Made by a program: the position numbers and the translations under genes | Notes under the pieces: model-generated | Seen by the model: only the letters and a program-made list of their open reading frames with translations | Told to the model about the DNA's origin: nothing | Database searches by the model: none | Origin: Schizochytrium sp. TIO01 | Taxonomy: Eukaryota > Protista > Bigyra: Labyrinthulomycetes | Assembly (NCBI GenBank): GCA_004764695.1 | Contig: SMSO01000033.1 | Location: 1,054,001-1,118,000 of the forward strand | Length of the DNA: 64,000 nucleotides | Direction: 5' to 3' | Shown: positions 24,299 to 36,999 of the stretch, piece by piece | Position numbering within the stretch: position 1 is the first letter of the stretch | Layout of the letters: each line of letters begins with the position of its first letter

Positions 24299-26551
24299 TT
24301 AAGTAGGGTTAGCTTTAGAGGCTGAAGCACGCAGTGCAAGCGAGTGTTTTCGCATATTTGCCAGAAGGCGGTCTACAATCCTATCGCTGAAAATAAAGGT
24401 CAGCTCGTATCTAACACGATGGTTTTGCTCTTCCCATCCTAATGTCTGGGTAAGGCAACTCAAAAACTGGTCAGCTTTCAAAGGCATTTGAACTCTGTGC
24501 ATAGGAACAATAATACTTTCTACAGCCTCACCCTGGATTTGAGTTCTACACAGCCGCCTACGAGCTACAGGCCAGTAGTAACATTTCCAGTCGAACCACA
24601 ACCATTGAGCGTAAATGAGCGTTGTCTCTGCGACAGTAAATTCAATGACTTGTTTCTTTTTGGTTTGCTGATCAATCTTTAAAAACGCCTCAATAATTAA
24701 TGAAAGCAAAAGATTAAGCATAATAATTGCTGTAACAGAAATATAGCTCAGAAAGTATGCCCAATACAGCAAGCGCACGCCAAGGTTTGAGCTCCCCGGA
24801 TCTACTTCAAGCGCAATATCAAATTGCCCTAAAGATATGAAAAATAGTGAGATCATTGCTTTGCCAAGAGACGCAAATGAATCCGTGTCATTTCCTAATA
24901 AAATAGAACCGATGAGTCCGTACAAAAGGATAATTAGGACATATACAAAAAGGAACAAAGACAAGTCCTGCATTGCTACAATCAAGGTCTTCGAAATAAA
25001 CCCAAGTTGCGGATGAAAATCAAATAGCAATACTGTCTGCGCTGTCATAACCAGTAAAATAAATGCCAACAGCGATTCATATAGAGAGAGCAGGTTAAGT
25101 ACCTTTGAAAATTTGTCCAAAGTCTGCCATAGCATTGGTAGGTCTTCCAATTGACGCTCACGAATAGCAAGTCCTGAGCCCATTAAATCTTCTGATCGGA
25201 GAAGTGCTACGATAAAAACCACGATTCCAAGAATGTGTGCTACAATTAGAGCAAGTCGAAAACCCCGAGTTGGTACACTAAGCGTCCAGCGCAAACCTTT
25301 GGCGTAAAGTCGAGACAGCTCTGGTCCAAGTTGCCAGAGAATCATGATGATGTATATGACCAAGAGGCACAGCGCCCCTCGTTCATCTTGAACACTCAAG
25401 AGAGTCGCTGAGCTGATTGCTGTAGTTTCAGACACACGTCCACCTGTATCAAATTCGAAACAACGGCTCACTGTCGCCCAAACACCATTTCCATTTCGAT
25501 TTTCAAGAGGTAATATCAAACATACAGATTGTGTAAGCGAGTCGATCCACTCCATGCCTTCGAGCTCGTCAATGTCACACAACGTTTTACTGAGAAGGAA
25601 ATTAAAGACTCCGACATCTAACAACGTCCAGAATCCTGCAGGTGATTGGTCTGGATAATAAGTGTAAGCTTCCTCTAGTACTCGAGAGTCATTAAGGTTA
25701 TACGTTCCATCCGTAAATTTGGAAGGAATGGCATATTCTTCGTTTCCTTGAAATTGTCGAAAACAAGTTAGCGTCTGGACAGCGGATGAATATAGACTGA
25801 ATACATCATCACTGCAATCTACTGACTCGTACCTCGACTGTTGCACAAACAATCCAAAGAGTATGCGATTATTGTAATCAACGAATCCTGAATCACGTGA
25901 TATGGCAATGCAATCATAATCAAGGGGAGATTCGTATGGAACGCATGTGCTCAACGACTCTTGGCATTCCGTAGAAAGATTATTAACAACTGACCACTCT
26001 GGGGAGTATATTTGTTCTACCAATGCACGAATGAAAGTGTATACATCATCTGATGTCGTTACTTCTACGTCTACAGAGATTAAATTATTCAAAACTGATT
26101 CAACGCTACGCGCAGGTGGATCAGTTTGCATACCTGTTAAATACACGAAACTGAAAACTACTGCACAAAACAAACTGTGCCAAAGTAAGGCGCCACATCC
26201 GACACGCTGGCGTTTTGCTTGTTGTATGGCGTGCTCAAATGATTTGTTGGACACGCTTCCATTTTGTGAAACCAGAACCTTGAATTTTTTGCGAGCAAGA
26301 TAGCCTCGGACAAATCGTTGAAGATTAACTGTATAGCGGTATATTACAACTTTTGACAGCCCCTCTTTCTTGCTGTAACTCGTGATTGATGTTGGACGTG
26401 ACTCAAGTTCTTTCAAGACTTCATCCTCCTTTACAGCCCACGACGGCGCCCATTCTTTACTTAGGTATGAACTGCGCCTGCGAATTCCTAAATGTTGACT
26501 TAATGGTGATACAGCATGCTCACTGGCCGGAGTCCTGGCTACTGGTAGCAT
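24299..26551 (-). CDS. Polycystin-2-like (TRPP) cation channel with N-terminal IQ motif
   Basis: IQ motif LQRFVRGYLARKKF. TOP-domain motifs NNRILFGLFVQQSR, WIDSLT and FEFDTGG. Six TM segments. Pore SFASLGKAMISLFFISLGQFD. S6 IIMLNLLLSLIIEAF. The 5' end may have an extra exon. Confidence 0.85.
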   Translation of the reverse strand: MLPVARTPASEHAVSPLSQHLGIRRRSSYLSKEWAPSWAVKEDEVLKELESRPTSITSYSKKEGLSKVVIYRYTVNLQRFVRGYLARKKFKVLVSQNGSVSNKSFEHAIQQAKRQRVGCGALLWHSLFCAVVFSFVYLTGMQTDPPARSVESVLNNLISVDVEVTTSDDVYTFIRALVEQIYSPEWSVVNNLSTECQESLSTCVPYESPLDYDCIAISRDSGFVDYNNRILFGLFVQQSRYESVDCSDDVFSLYSSAVQTLTCFRQFQGNEEYAIPSKFTDGTYNLNDSRVLEEAYTYYPDQSPAGFWTLLDVGVFNFLLSKTLCDIDELEGMEWIDSLTQSVCLILPLENRNGNGVWATVSRCFEFDTGGRVSETTAISSATLLSVQDERGALCLLVIYIIMILWQLGPELSRLYAKGLRWTLSVPTRGFRLALIVAHILGIVVFIVALLRSEDLMGSGLAIRERQLEDLPMLWQTLDKFSKVLNLLSLYESLLAFILLVMTAQTVLLFDFHPQLGFISKTLIVAMQDLSLFLFVYVLIILLYGLIGSILLGNDTDSFASLGKAMISLFFISLGQFDIALEVDPGSSNLGVRLLYWAYFLSYISVTAIIMLNLLLSLIIEAFLKIDQQTKKKQVIEFTVAETTLIYAQWLWFDWKCYYWPVARRRLCRTQIQGEAVESIIVPMHRVQMPLKADQFLSCLTQTLGWEEQNHRVRYELTFIFSDRIVDRLLANMRKHSLALRASASKANPT

Positions 26552-27727
26552 TCTTCAATCGTAAAGGTGACTGGCTCAGGGCATGAGCACAAGAGACGTC
26601 GTTTTGCCCTTCAAGAGTTACCGATCTAAAGTATAGGTGTCCCTCTCATATATTAATGAAGGAGGACAATCGCAACCTCTGACTGTTCGTTTAGAATAGA
26701 TCAAGGTTAAACTCACCTGGGGGGTGCAAACCAGGGATTCCCTGCAACAATTCTAATAAGTTTGGCAAATCTGGCATCAAATATTGCTTGCATTTACTAG
26801 CGTGTTTCAGCCTTATAGCAGTTGCTCGCCAGCCTTGAATACCTCACTCGAGCAATCTCCTTTGAAATACTACCTGCACATCAACGCCTCAATACCTGTG
26901 AGCTCTTTAGCAACAAGCGAACTTATCTGAACTTGGGACACAATTCATAGTTGTTAACGGTCAGTGAGAGAAAAATAAGGGGAGGCAGGACAGAAATTAC
27001 CCAGTGCTTCTTTCTTTATGGTTACGCAATTCAGCTTTTTCAAAATGACAAAGACACGGTTGGGTTGGGGCTGTAATATAAAGTATAAAATATGCCATCC
27101 TCAGTCTTTTGAGGGTGGAGGTGAATCCAATTGCAAACTAGTTCTAGTGGTATCTTAAGGTGCACGGGGGCATATAAGAAGGGTTAAGATAAGACTAGCA
27201 CACCTATCTTCGTTTCCAACGGAAGTTTTCTAGTTTTGGTTTTTGTTCATAGTTACAAAAAGCAGACCCCCTTTCTATCATCAGCAAGCCTAGGTATGTG
27301 CCCTACTAGAGACTTCAATATGAATATGCCCATGCTTCCCATAACATGGCTGCAATGCGAGCGAATATTGTACTTCTTTTCTTGCTATAGTAAAGATTAT
27401 GGGCAGCCTAGTAGTATAGCTTTGATTATTCGCTTTCCTGCGACTCGTGCAAACTGTCGCTGCTAGAAATTGTGTAATTTTGCAAAATGATGATATACCT
27501 TGCAACAAATCTTTTCCACATGTAAGACAAAGCACCTAACTCAGTATACTCCCAAGTCACTGTGTTGACTGTAAAACAGAGAAGAAGCCATTCGTGAATT
27601 CCAAACTAAAGTTTATGGGAAGAATGGGAACATTGAACATTATTTGAGTAGCACTGCATTATCATTGCTCTTCAGCTGGCAGTCACGCATGGGACTATGC
27701 GAAGCTAGGTCATTGGCAAAACATAAC

Positions 27728-30012
27728 ATGGCTTCAGGGCGACCACGAAGCAGCTCTGAGGCAGCAGCAACAGCAGCCGTGAGTTCTGCACCAATCGGGG
27801 TATTTGTCGTCGATGAAGGCGCTGAGACTGCGTTGAATAGTGACGCACCAGTGGGGCCGGGAGCGAATCAGGCAGAGACGTCAGGTTTTGGGGTTGCTAC
27901 GGATAGAAGGCCAAACGGAGGTAGAAGAGCGCCGAGCTTACTGCGAAGGCAGTTTCAGACGATCCCGGCAAGCGATCGTGTGTTTCTGTCAACTTGGGAA
28001 AAGTGGCTTGTGTATGGGAGAATCCCATGGAAACTCTTACTGCATGTAATTTTGCTCATACTCACAACATGGCAAATTGTACACATAAATGTACGCGATG
28101 CTGCCTATGTGCGGGCAGCCAAACGTAACTTCTACTATTACTTTTTCCCTTCAGACTTTGACTTCGAGGACCGCCAATTTTACCTCTACACCGTGGACGA
28201 GGCGCATAGCTCTGTAGAACGAGCTGTCACCAGCTTCGTGCGCATCACCACTACTTCTGTAGACCAAATTTCACATCCAGCTAACCCTGCTTTCTGTTTG
28301 ACTCCAGACAATTGTCATCATGGCCGACTTGAAGTTCTTCGGTTTGTTGATGATGACGATGATAACACAGGTGAAGATATCCCTGTATCTGAGAACCTAA
28401 ATGCTGCTGAAGAGGAAGAATTTGATGATATGCGCCTCACTCATACGACAAGAGAGACATACTATATTCATGAGGGATCACTTGGTCCGCTAAGCAAGGA
28501 TCACGGATTGCGTCCGGAAGCTCGTGTCGCCTCATACCTCCGCTCTGTAGTAAATATGAATTTGGTTTTCAGATTGCAAACTGAGGGGCCTAAAAATACT
28601 GGACGTGAGTGCCTTATTTGGGAAATTAGACTTTTTTATGACTTCCAGCAACGTGGCCAAATGGTTCTTACATTACAAAGCGCGGTTGCGTACAACTGTG
28701 CGCCCCGTCCAACCATTTCCTCGCTTCTTTCGCGTACAATCCATCTTATCGATATCTGCGTCATCTTCTTTTCAGCATGGACACTTGTACTCAGTATACG
28801 ATCAGTATATAATTCATGGTTGCTTTTACGACGAGCAGAACGCAAAATTGCAAGCGAACATAGCCCAACGCCTCGACGGCGTTCACGGATTATGGCTTCT
28901 GTTTTTCAGGACGCTTCATTCACAGCACGTCATGAAGGTGTAGACACTCCATTGCTCGTTGCAGAGTTAGGAGCTTACTTAGATCCTTCAATGCAGCGCC
29001 AACAGGAGGAAGATGAAGTCATAGGTAGTCGCCTTCGTGTTACGGCACCGGATTCCATGCCCAAAATTATGCGTGGCACCCTTCGATTTTCTTGGAGAGA
29101 TCGGCTTCGGTTCTTCAATGCTTGGTTTGTCTTAGCAACGACCGCATCGATTTTGAACATTCTTCAATCCTCTATTCGTCTGGCACGAACAGATGGCTAT
29201 ACGCCCTTATCAACTCGCGAAAAGTTTTTTGCTGGTCTTGGTTGCGGTCTCGTTTGGATAAACTCGGTATCCTTTTTGGCTCACCGAGCTCAGTACTTCA
29301 CTCTCGTTTTGACACTGAGTCGAGCAAGTAAGTTTTATTTCTCTTTTGCAGCTATATTATACGAGTGTTGTCATGTTGAGTCCTTTTTATATATAGTTTA
29401 AACTAACTTCGTGTCTCCCACGCACGGTTGCCGCCTATTGCAGTCCCTCGAGTCGGCCGTTATTTGTTAGGGGTTGTGCCGATTTTACTTGCCTATGCTT
29501 TCTTTGGCATGATATTCTTTGGCGATCATGTTGAGCGTTTCGGTTCATTCAGTATGTCACTCATCACTCTGTACAGTGTTTTGAATGGCGATGTAATTCG
29601 CGAAACATTCATGGATGTTGTAAATGACTATCCTGTTGTCACACAACTGTATTTGTATTCCTTCATCAGTCTCTTTATGTACGTTGTTCTTAATGTCTTC
29701 ATTGCCATTGTCGAGGAGTCCTTTTTTTCAACTCGTGCTGCTGCCAAAAATATGGAGACCTTTACAAAACAAGCCCGGGGACAGAATCCAAGAATGAATT
29801 CTCTTGGTTCAATTGGGGAAGATGAAGGCTCGACTCGAGCAGGTGAGGGGGCAACAATGCGCCGCCGCGGACAAGGTTCTGACGCTCCAAGACGCTTTCA
29901 GAGTGATGGTGATCTTGACACCCCACTTCTCGAGCAAGACAATCTCGAGGAGCCTGAGCAGCATCGCAAGTTGCAATGGCTTCGCACAGTACTAGATGAC
30001 CTAGAGGATTGA
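27728..30012 (+). CDS. MCOLN: Mucolipin (TRPML) channel, 2 exons (intron 29328-29443)
   Basis: WEKW..GRIPWKLLLH pre-S1 motif, large S1-S2 loop, pore TLYSVLNGD, S6 LYLYSFISLFMYVVLNVFIAIVEE. The GTAAGT...CTAAC...TTGCAG intron joins the two ORFs in frame (SRA-I-PRVGRY). The start could instead be the ATG at 27689. Confidence 0.9.
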
Positions 30013-30271
30013 GAATCGTCATCACAAGAAAATTGGCGAGTCTCTGATGACGACAATGTGTTCAATGTATATGAAATTCTAAATTAAAAAATCTTCTAAA
30101 CGAAAGAAATTTGAGTAAGCGCACAGATATAAAATTACCATCGGAAAATTGTCAAGTGTAAAATTCTTATCTAAAAGTTTTCAGAGGAGTGAATTTCACA
30201 AAAATTACGAATCCTAATTTGGTACCATCACATTCCAAAAATATACAATTGAACATATTATGACAGATACT

Positions 30272-31006
30272 TTAGCTCTTTCGGCGAGTCATGTGATCAT
30301 AAATTACGACTTGCAAATATTCGTCAGTCTGAATCTCTGTGCGTGTAGAATTATCTCCAGGGTTTGCTTTGGGGTCCACGTTGATAACTTTCCGATCGCG
30401 CTTGTTCTTGAAAAGCAAACCAGTTTCATTGTCTGCGATGACCTGGAAATTAGGTGTACTATTCGATGTACTTGTATGAGTTTCCCAGTTGTAGTAACTT
30501 AAATCTGTAGGTTTTGGCATGAGCTTCTTCTTGCGGTCGAAATAAGGTTCGAAATTTTCGGTCTTGAGGCGATGCGCAAAGTCGATATAGCCACTAACCT
30601 CCTGCCCTTGACCTTTGTTTGTCTTGTCACGAATGAAAATGATACTTGTGAGTTTACCATTTCTAACCAATTCTTCGCGATTTGCAAGAGCTTGCAAGAA
30701 CGGAAAACCGCTCAAATCCTTGGATGCAGATGCCAGCATCTTCGGGGCACTCTTTTTTTGTGAATGGCGTTCGCGCTCAGCTTTCTTGCGAGCCTCGAAT
30801 TCTTCTCTCTTTAAGGTTTCACCACTGCCACGATAGCCAAGTTCAACGAGCTGCCGTGCCAGACTCTCATCTTCTAAATAGTACTTGTCCGTCGTTGAAA
30901 TCTGCGAATCTAGATAGTCTTCGTATGTGACGAATTGCTCCAACGAGCCGTCGCGGCCACCAACAAGATCGCCATGCGCCCGTGCATCAGCATCATCCGT
31001 CATCAT
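30272..31006 (-). CDS. CFAP299: Cilia- and flagella-associated protein 299 (C4orf22 family)
   Basis: Recognisable conserved motifs TYEDYLDSQI, YYLEDESLARQLVELGYRG, ALANREE..RNGKLTSIIFIRD, QEVSGYIDFAHRLK, DLSYYNW, GLLFKNKRDRK, YDHMTRRK. Confidence 0.9.
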   Translation of the reverse strand: MMTDDADARAHGDLVGGRDGSLEQFVTYEDYLDSQISTTDKYYLEDESLARQLVELGYRGSGETLKREEFEARKKAERERHSQKKSAPKMLASASKDLSGFPFLQALANREELVRNGKLTSIIFIRDKTNKGQGQEVSGYIDFAHRLKTENFEPYFDRKKKLMPKPTDLSYYNWETHTSTSNSTPNFQVIADNETGLLFKNKRDRKVINVDPKANPGDNSTRTEIQTDEYLQVVIYDHMTRRKS

Positions 31007-31674
31007 ATTGGTTGTGGCAGCTGGCTAACTCGTGATACTTGCTGTACGACACTAGCAGAGGGAAGGTAATACTTTTGAATTCACAAGTAATAACTTCCTG
31101 TATGCAAGAGCAAGCGACAGGAGATGTTCTCAGCCTCCTGCCACGCCCTTGCTTTCCAACAGAAGAACCCTGAAGCTCTAAGCTATAAAATGAGTATGCA
31201 CGCCAAGACAAGTTTGAGTGAGAGCTTATTACAACCAATCTTCTTTACCAGACCTAAACTCTCCTTATTATTCTCTGGATCAATTGCGCCGCTCAATTGG
31301 TTCATTTAAGAAAATAAAATATAAGCCACTTCAAAGGTATTAGTAAAAGCTCAATTACTAGAGTGTCCAGCCATTCTCACTTGGCAAGTGCACACCTTCA
31401 GCTATTGATGAATTTTATTGTTTGTGAACGGATGTCTGCGGAACTCATTTAAAATGGGTTCCGCAAAGCGAAAGTCCGCGCCGATTAAAAGAGAAGACTC
31501 GGCGTGCTCGTTCGTGGGGCATGCTGATGAGGCACCACGTTAATAGGTTGCTTCTGTTGGCGATCAAGCTTGCGAAAGATTAAAATTGACATCGAAAAAC
31601 TTAATTTTAATATCTAGCCTAGAGACAAACTAGTTGGAGGCCACTTTGCGAAGAGGTGGTGCTGGGCATCAAGG

Positions 31675-33006
31675 ATGAACCACGATGGGAAGCCACTTCT
31701 TACAGATGCCCAGCTGGTAAGACTGAAAGGCCGGACATGCAGATCGCCGAATAAGAGCTATGAGGCATCATTTCGGCCTCCGCGAAGACCTCATGCAAAT
31801 CATACGACTGGGATTTATCGCCGGCAAAGTCCAAGAGCTGATGGTTTAAGTACACAGAGAAAACCTTGGGCTGCCTCCGGGAATCATTCATTGCTTCATA
31901 GAGATAATGTACCTGGTGAGGAAGATCTATCGAAAAATATCGCCGCAAAATTCACACAGAATTGGCGCCGTAAACTTCAAAGCATCACAAAACTCCCTGA
32001 GCTTTCTGTCGCTCAAAAAAATATCCGTCGGGAGGCGATTAAACCTAGGACACGGATCGAACGTCATGACGTGGTATCTCAGGCCAAACCAAACCACTTG
32101 GCTTCGGAGATTAGTGCAATTCATGGATTCTTACGCCAACAAGATGTGCATGAGCTTATTCATTCAACAAATTACACAGAAAGAGAACTCTACAAATTAT
32201 TTAATCGATTCAAGGCGTTAGCAGCTCTGTCCTCTACACCTACTGGAATAGACAAAGATACATTTCGGCGCGGTGTGCCAATGCTCAGTGTGGAAGACAA
32301 CCTTTTTGTTGATCGTGTTTTTGAGGTTCTTGATGAGGATGGTAAGTTATCATGCGCCCTTTCAATCTTGCAATGTCAGCTAATCACTAACACTTTCTCA
32401 ACGCGACTTTAATGTTACATTGCAAGGTTCTGGAATTATTGACTGGAATGAGTTCGTAGAGGCCATGTCCTCGCTTGAAAAGGGCTCAAGGGAAAAACGA
32501 ACAGACTTTTTATTTCGAGTCTACGATATTGACAAGGATGGCGGTATTACTCGTGATGAGCTAGGCCAATGTAAGTTGTTTGGGTAGGCACCCTCTGGAA
32601 GGCGGTGTGAAGAGAAACTAACTTTGCTAAGTTGGTCTCACATAACTGAAATGTTGGGAAATTGTTTATTTTCTTTTTGGTTGTTTGTTTCACGGGCGAG
32701 TATCAATAAAAATTTATAGTTTTCTTAAGTAGTCTCATGGTTGAGGTTGATGATACGATCCGTGAAGTTTCTGACTACTTTGTGCAGCAAGTCTTTGAGG
32801 AAATCGACCTTGATAAAAATGGATCTATGACTGTAGAAGAGGCTATTCGATACATCCGCCAGCATCCAGAAGCCAAAGACATCTTTGGTATGTTTGGACG
32901 TAGTATGGCCTCTGAAGATGCTGGCGACGCTGGCGATTTTTTGAGTCAAAAGCGACACCAGGACAAGAAACTTGGAGTAAAAAGTGGTGACGATGATGAC
33001 GACTAG
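31675..33006 (+). CDS. NCS/calcineurin-B-family EF-hand protein (calaxin-like) with basic N-terminal extension, 3 exons
   Basis: GT-AG introns 32342-32426 and 32571-32719 join in frame to give EF-hands DEDGSGIIDWNEF, DIDKDGGITRDEL and DLDKNGSMTVEEA. NCS-like segments TNYTERELYKLFNRF and KGSREKRTDFLFRVYD. Confidence 0.85.
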
Positions 33007-33718
33007 ATTAGATTTAGAAATCGCTTTTTGAAGTATAAACAATAATCTTGCAAAAAGAAAAAGGTGGATGGGGCGAGTCTCTCACTATTTCATCCTTTTA
33101 ATCGAAGTCACAGTCTAATTATTTATACATCCCCGATACTTGTTTCTGGCCGAATGGAGTGACAAGACACTCTGAAGCTTTAAAAAATGAATAAAGAGAT
33201 GGATGGCGTAAAATTGTGCAAGGGAAAGAAGAATGATTAGAGAATATAGAAAAATTGAGGTAGTAGTTTTTATATACGTTTAAAGAGTTACACAACGAGT
33301 TTCCAGCTGTAAAAGCACTCATTTCTGCGCAGAAAGAGCGCGACACACACGCCTAATGGTAGAACTGTAAATATTCAATGTTTGACGTGACGGCTAGACT
33401 GTAAATTGGACACTGAAGATGACCATTACAGCAGAAGCTTCCGCCAAGACATGAACAATTGTAATTTTCGCAACGGTGAGGGTTTTGTGCTGCAACGCGC
33501 AGGTCAAATCCTTTGTGAGTGGGGCATCTTTGTCTGCTTGATATGAGGGGAAAGACCACTATTGGTGATGCCCATGAACAAGAGGAAAGGGGATTCTGAC
33601 AATGCAATGTAATGTCAACATCGAACTAAACCGTATTCCCTTTTGCGCCACTCCCCCCCTAAAAAAATAAAAACATGACTGGCTGCTTTGTGAAGGAGAA
33701 AATTCATAATTCATACAC

Positions 33719-34036
33719 TTAGTTCTTAAGGGCCTGGAGAGCAGCAAGAATGCTATCCCTGGAGGCACCAGTCACACGCTGAACACTCTCGCCCTTCTTA
33801 AAGGCAATGAAGGTCGGCACGGCGTTAACCTGGTAGGAGCTGGCGTCCTCCTCAGCCTCGTCAATGTCGAGCTTAATGAACTTGATGCCCTGGAACTCCT
33901 CCTTCTTGGAGAGCTCCTCAAAAAAAGGGGCAATGTGCTTGCAGGGGCCACACCAGTCAGCCGTAAAGTCCACAATAACGAGCTCGTTGTCCTCGAGCAC
34001 AGTGGCGAGCTCGCCGTCTTCCTTGATAATCTGCAT
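33719..34036 (-). CDS. TRX: Thioredoxin
   Basis: 105 aa; VIVDFTADWCGPCK active site; cis-Pro motif AVPTF; strong codon bias. Confidence 0.96.
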   Translation of the reverse strand: MQIIKEDGELATVLEDNELVIVDFTADWCGPCKHIAPFFEELSKKEEFQGIKFIKLDIDEAEEDASSYQVNAVPTFIAFKKGESVQRVTGASRDSILAALQALKN

Positions 34037-36999
34037 CTTGGTGTAAGGTGAACTTGCTAGTTTCTATTTCCGCGCACCACAACGAACATCCTCAGTTAGC
34101 CTTTGGAATCTCTTCCCCTTCGCCACGTCAAATGTGTCTGCGTCCAACTTACGTTGCCTCAAATATACGTTTCGCAATCCTTTTGGGTTTTGCTTTTGTC
34201 TGGCCTCGAATAATCGCACTTTCGCTCAATCTTATCTTTACTATCGTCCTTAGCGCTCCTTTCTTCTAATTATCCTTCGGGAATATCCGACGGCACTACC
34301 AAATTACTGCTACCATTCCTTATAGGTAGAAAGAACCCACAAGTTCTTTCTTACCGGTTTGGCCGATAGTATACCACCTCCTATAGTCTACTTTCCCCGC
34401 ATTTGATCGACTGTACGGAATCCAATAACTCCCTTTGGGCCCATCCGCAAAGTCGCCTATACGAAGAAAGGCGGTACTTCAGGGTTTCCCCGACGCAACC
34501 TTCTTCTTTTACGTGCCCGTAGGACTGGATATCTAGCTGCTACCATTCAGGCCTCCGGATCGTCGGCGGAACCCTTTCTGCGCCCCAATTCTCCGGCCGG
34601 ATCGATCGAAGAAAGCTCGAGCAAGAGTCAGCCCGCCCCGAAGGCTTCGTTCTCCAGGCCGCGCGAGAGCTGCGCTGCAGCCTTCCTTCGAGGAGTTGTG
34701 GCCTGGGCGAGAGCTGCCTACCTGCGAGTGAGGCGCCTTTCTCTTCCCGCTCCGCTCCTTGCTCCAAACGGCCTCCAGAAGGGAAGTGGCGTGAGGTGAA
34801 TAAATCTATGTCGATCCATTCATAGCACACAAACAATTTTTTGTTCCATTCAAATTATCATTTGTTCACAAAAGAGCGCTGTTCCATTTAGTTTCTATCT
34901 ACCAAATCATAGTATATAGACTACCAGTGATAGTAGAGGTGCTAACCACAGTAATGACTAGTGCCAAAGGGCTAGCTAGGGATCGGCTAGGCAAAAGTAT
35001 AGGCGTGGGGCAAGGCCCATTGAGTTGGAACGAACTGCGTTTATTACTGTTCTTATTAAACCTCGAATTCTAAATACGCGGAATGAAGAAAGAAAGATAT
35101 GAATAAATAACTTAAATAGCTTTGAAAAAGATAGAAATATTGATTAATCAATCGATCGATCGATCAATCAATCATTCTAAATCATCGACGCCCTTTGGCT
35201 CAATAAGTCCTTCCCCTCCGTCCCAAGCCGCACACGGGCGACGTCCTCGGCAGATTTGGCGAGCGAACAGCAGCTGGCTCTCGCGGACCGAGGTCGTCCA
35301 GAAACACGTGGGCCTGGAGTTGAACTCATGGTGGAGGCGAGATAGCTACAGATCATAAAATTCGTTCTCCAGACCTCCGTTCTCTCGCGCGCCTTTCAAG
35401 AAGCGAACGGCACCGCAGCAGAAGCTTCTTGCATGACTCTGGAACAGCCTGCGCGAGTGAGGCGTTCGAGTTCCTCGAGCTCAACGTTGGAAACCCAGAG
35501 CCAGCCTGGGAAAACTCTCGAGTTCTCGATGTCGTCAATGAAGAAGTGCTCAAGAAGTGCTCAAGAAGAAGTCGTACTTGCGGATTATTATCTTTTGTAG
35601 GTACATAGTATATATATATATATATACCGCATAGAGAGATGCCTCTGTTATTTAATTCAAGTTTTAACTTTAATTTTAATTAAAAAAAAGAAAAAGAAAA
35701 AAGACAATATTTGATGTATGATGAAATAGAAATTGGGGTGTGCGCTCCTCCACGACTTATCGCGGCATAATTCCAAGTGGGCAAGGTAAACTTCAAGTTG
35801 GCCAGTCATATTTTTGTTTTGGGCACGCTGCAGAACCACGCTTTCATACGCTAGGCTTTCCGAAAGGAGTGCTCTGATTTCGAACCCATTTTGCAAGCTC
35901 TTCAGAAGGTGTGTATGTATGTATGCTGGCATCATCTACCTATACTATCCCAGTAGATGGGGTAGTCCTAATTTTAAAATTAAGTGCGCACGTGAATCAA
36001 TCGGCACAACTTGAAGAAGTGCCTCTTCAAGCTTTTGACTTTGTGAAGAAATCTAATCTATAGAAAGTTGAACTTCAAGTTATCTTACGTCGAGTTCTCC
36101 AGATTGTTTCCTCGACGATCTGAATCTCTGGTGACTGGTTGGCCTGATTGGCCACGTCAGCGGACTCTGTTCTGTTCTGCGCCATCAGAAAGTTTGCACG
36201 TGCAGGGGGATGAAGATGAGTGCCCGCCCGTTCAATGGTGATAACCAAAAAGGATCAAAATGATTTACACACAGGCCCAAGCGGTTCTCCGGTGTGGTCT
36301 CTAAATTGAATCGGATGCTCTTCTCTAGAGGGAGTTCCTGCGGCACCAAGTATTTAGTACACTGTAGTCCATGTGGCTTATTAGAAAAGAAACTGGGCCT
36401 CAGCACTGGCATTTTCGCGTTAATACTGTACTTCAGTGAAATCTTGGAAGCCAACTCTGCACGCTTGGGTAGTGAAGAGAGTTGAAAAAAGTTTGGGACT
36501 TACTTGCGAGCCTGTAGCCAGGCTGCAATCTTCAATCGAGCTCAGGCTTTAAGAAAGGTTCCGGACGAGAGGCGAATAGAATCTGGAGCGAGAGTTTGTC
36601 ATCACATTACAATACATTACATAATCCATGTTCTAGTAGGAGGTGTGGGCTTTCTGGATAAATCCGCTTTAATCGATGCCACACTGTCGGTTTGCCAAAG
36701 GACTTGCTCGCAAGCGCAGAGGTCTTCACCAAATCCAAAGAGGTGAAGCAGCGTCTTATGTGAAGATCTTGATGAGTGCCGATAATGGAAAGGAACAGGG
36801 GGCTTTTCTTATGTAGGAAATATAAACATTTGAGCTCAATCGAGCACACCATACTACTCTGATGTGTCCTGGTACGAACTAAAGCAACACACTTATGGTA
36901 CTGTGGCTCATGGATCCCGGCATGGCAAGCCTGCCTGTATGTAAATAAAAATACAATTGTATTTAGAATCTATTGCACATGATTATGTTTACTCTCCTA

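Noticed and set aside
26720-26945. Weak ubiquitin-like fragment (KELTGIE...VVFQRRLL) upstream of the TRPP gene
   Set aside because: It needs a frameshift and contains stops; too weak to call.
36185-36852. Short ORFs downstream of the IQ-LRR gene
   Set aside because: Could be a decayed gene, but there are no identifiable motifs and stops interrupt the frames I translated.
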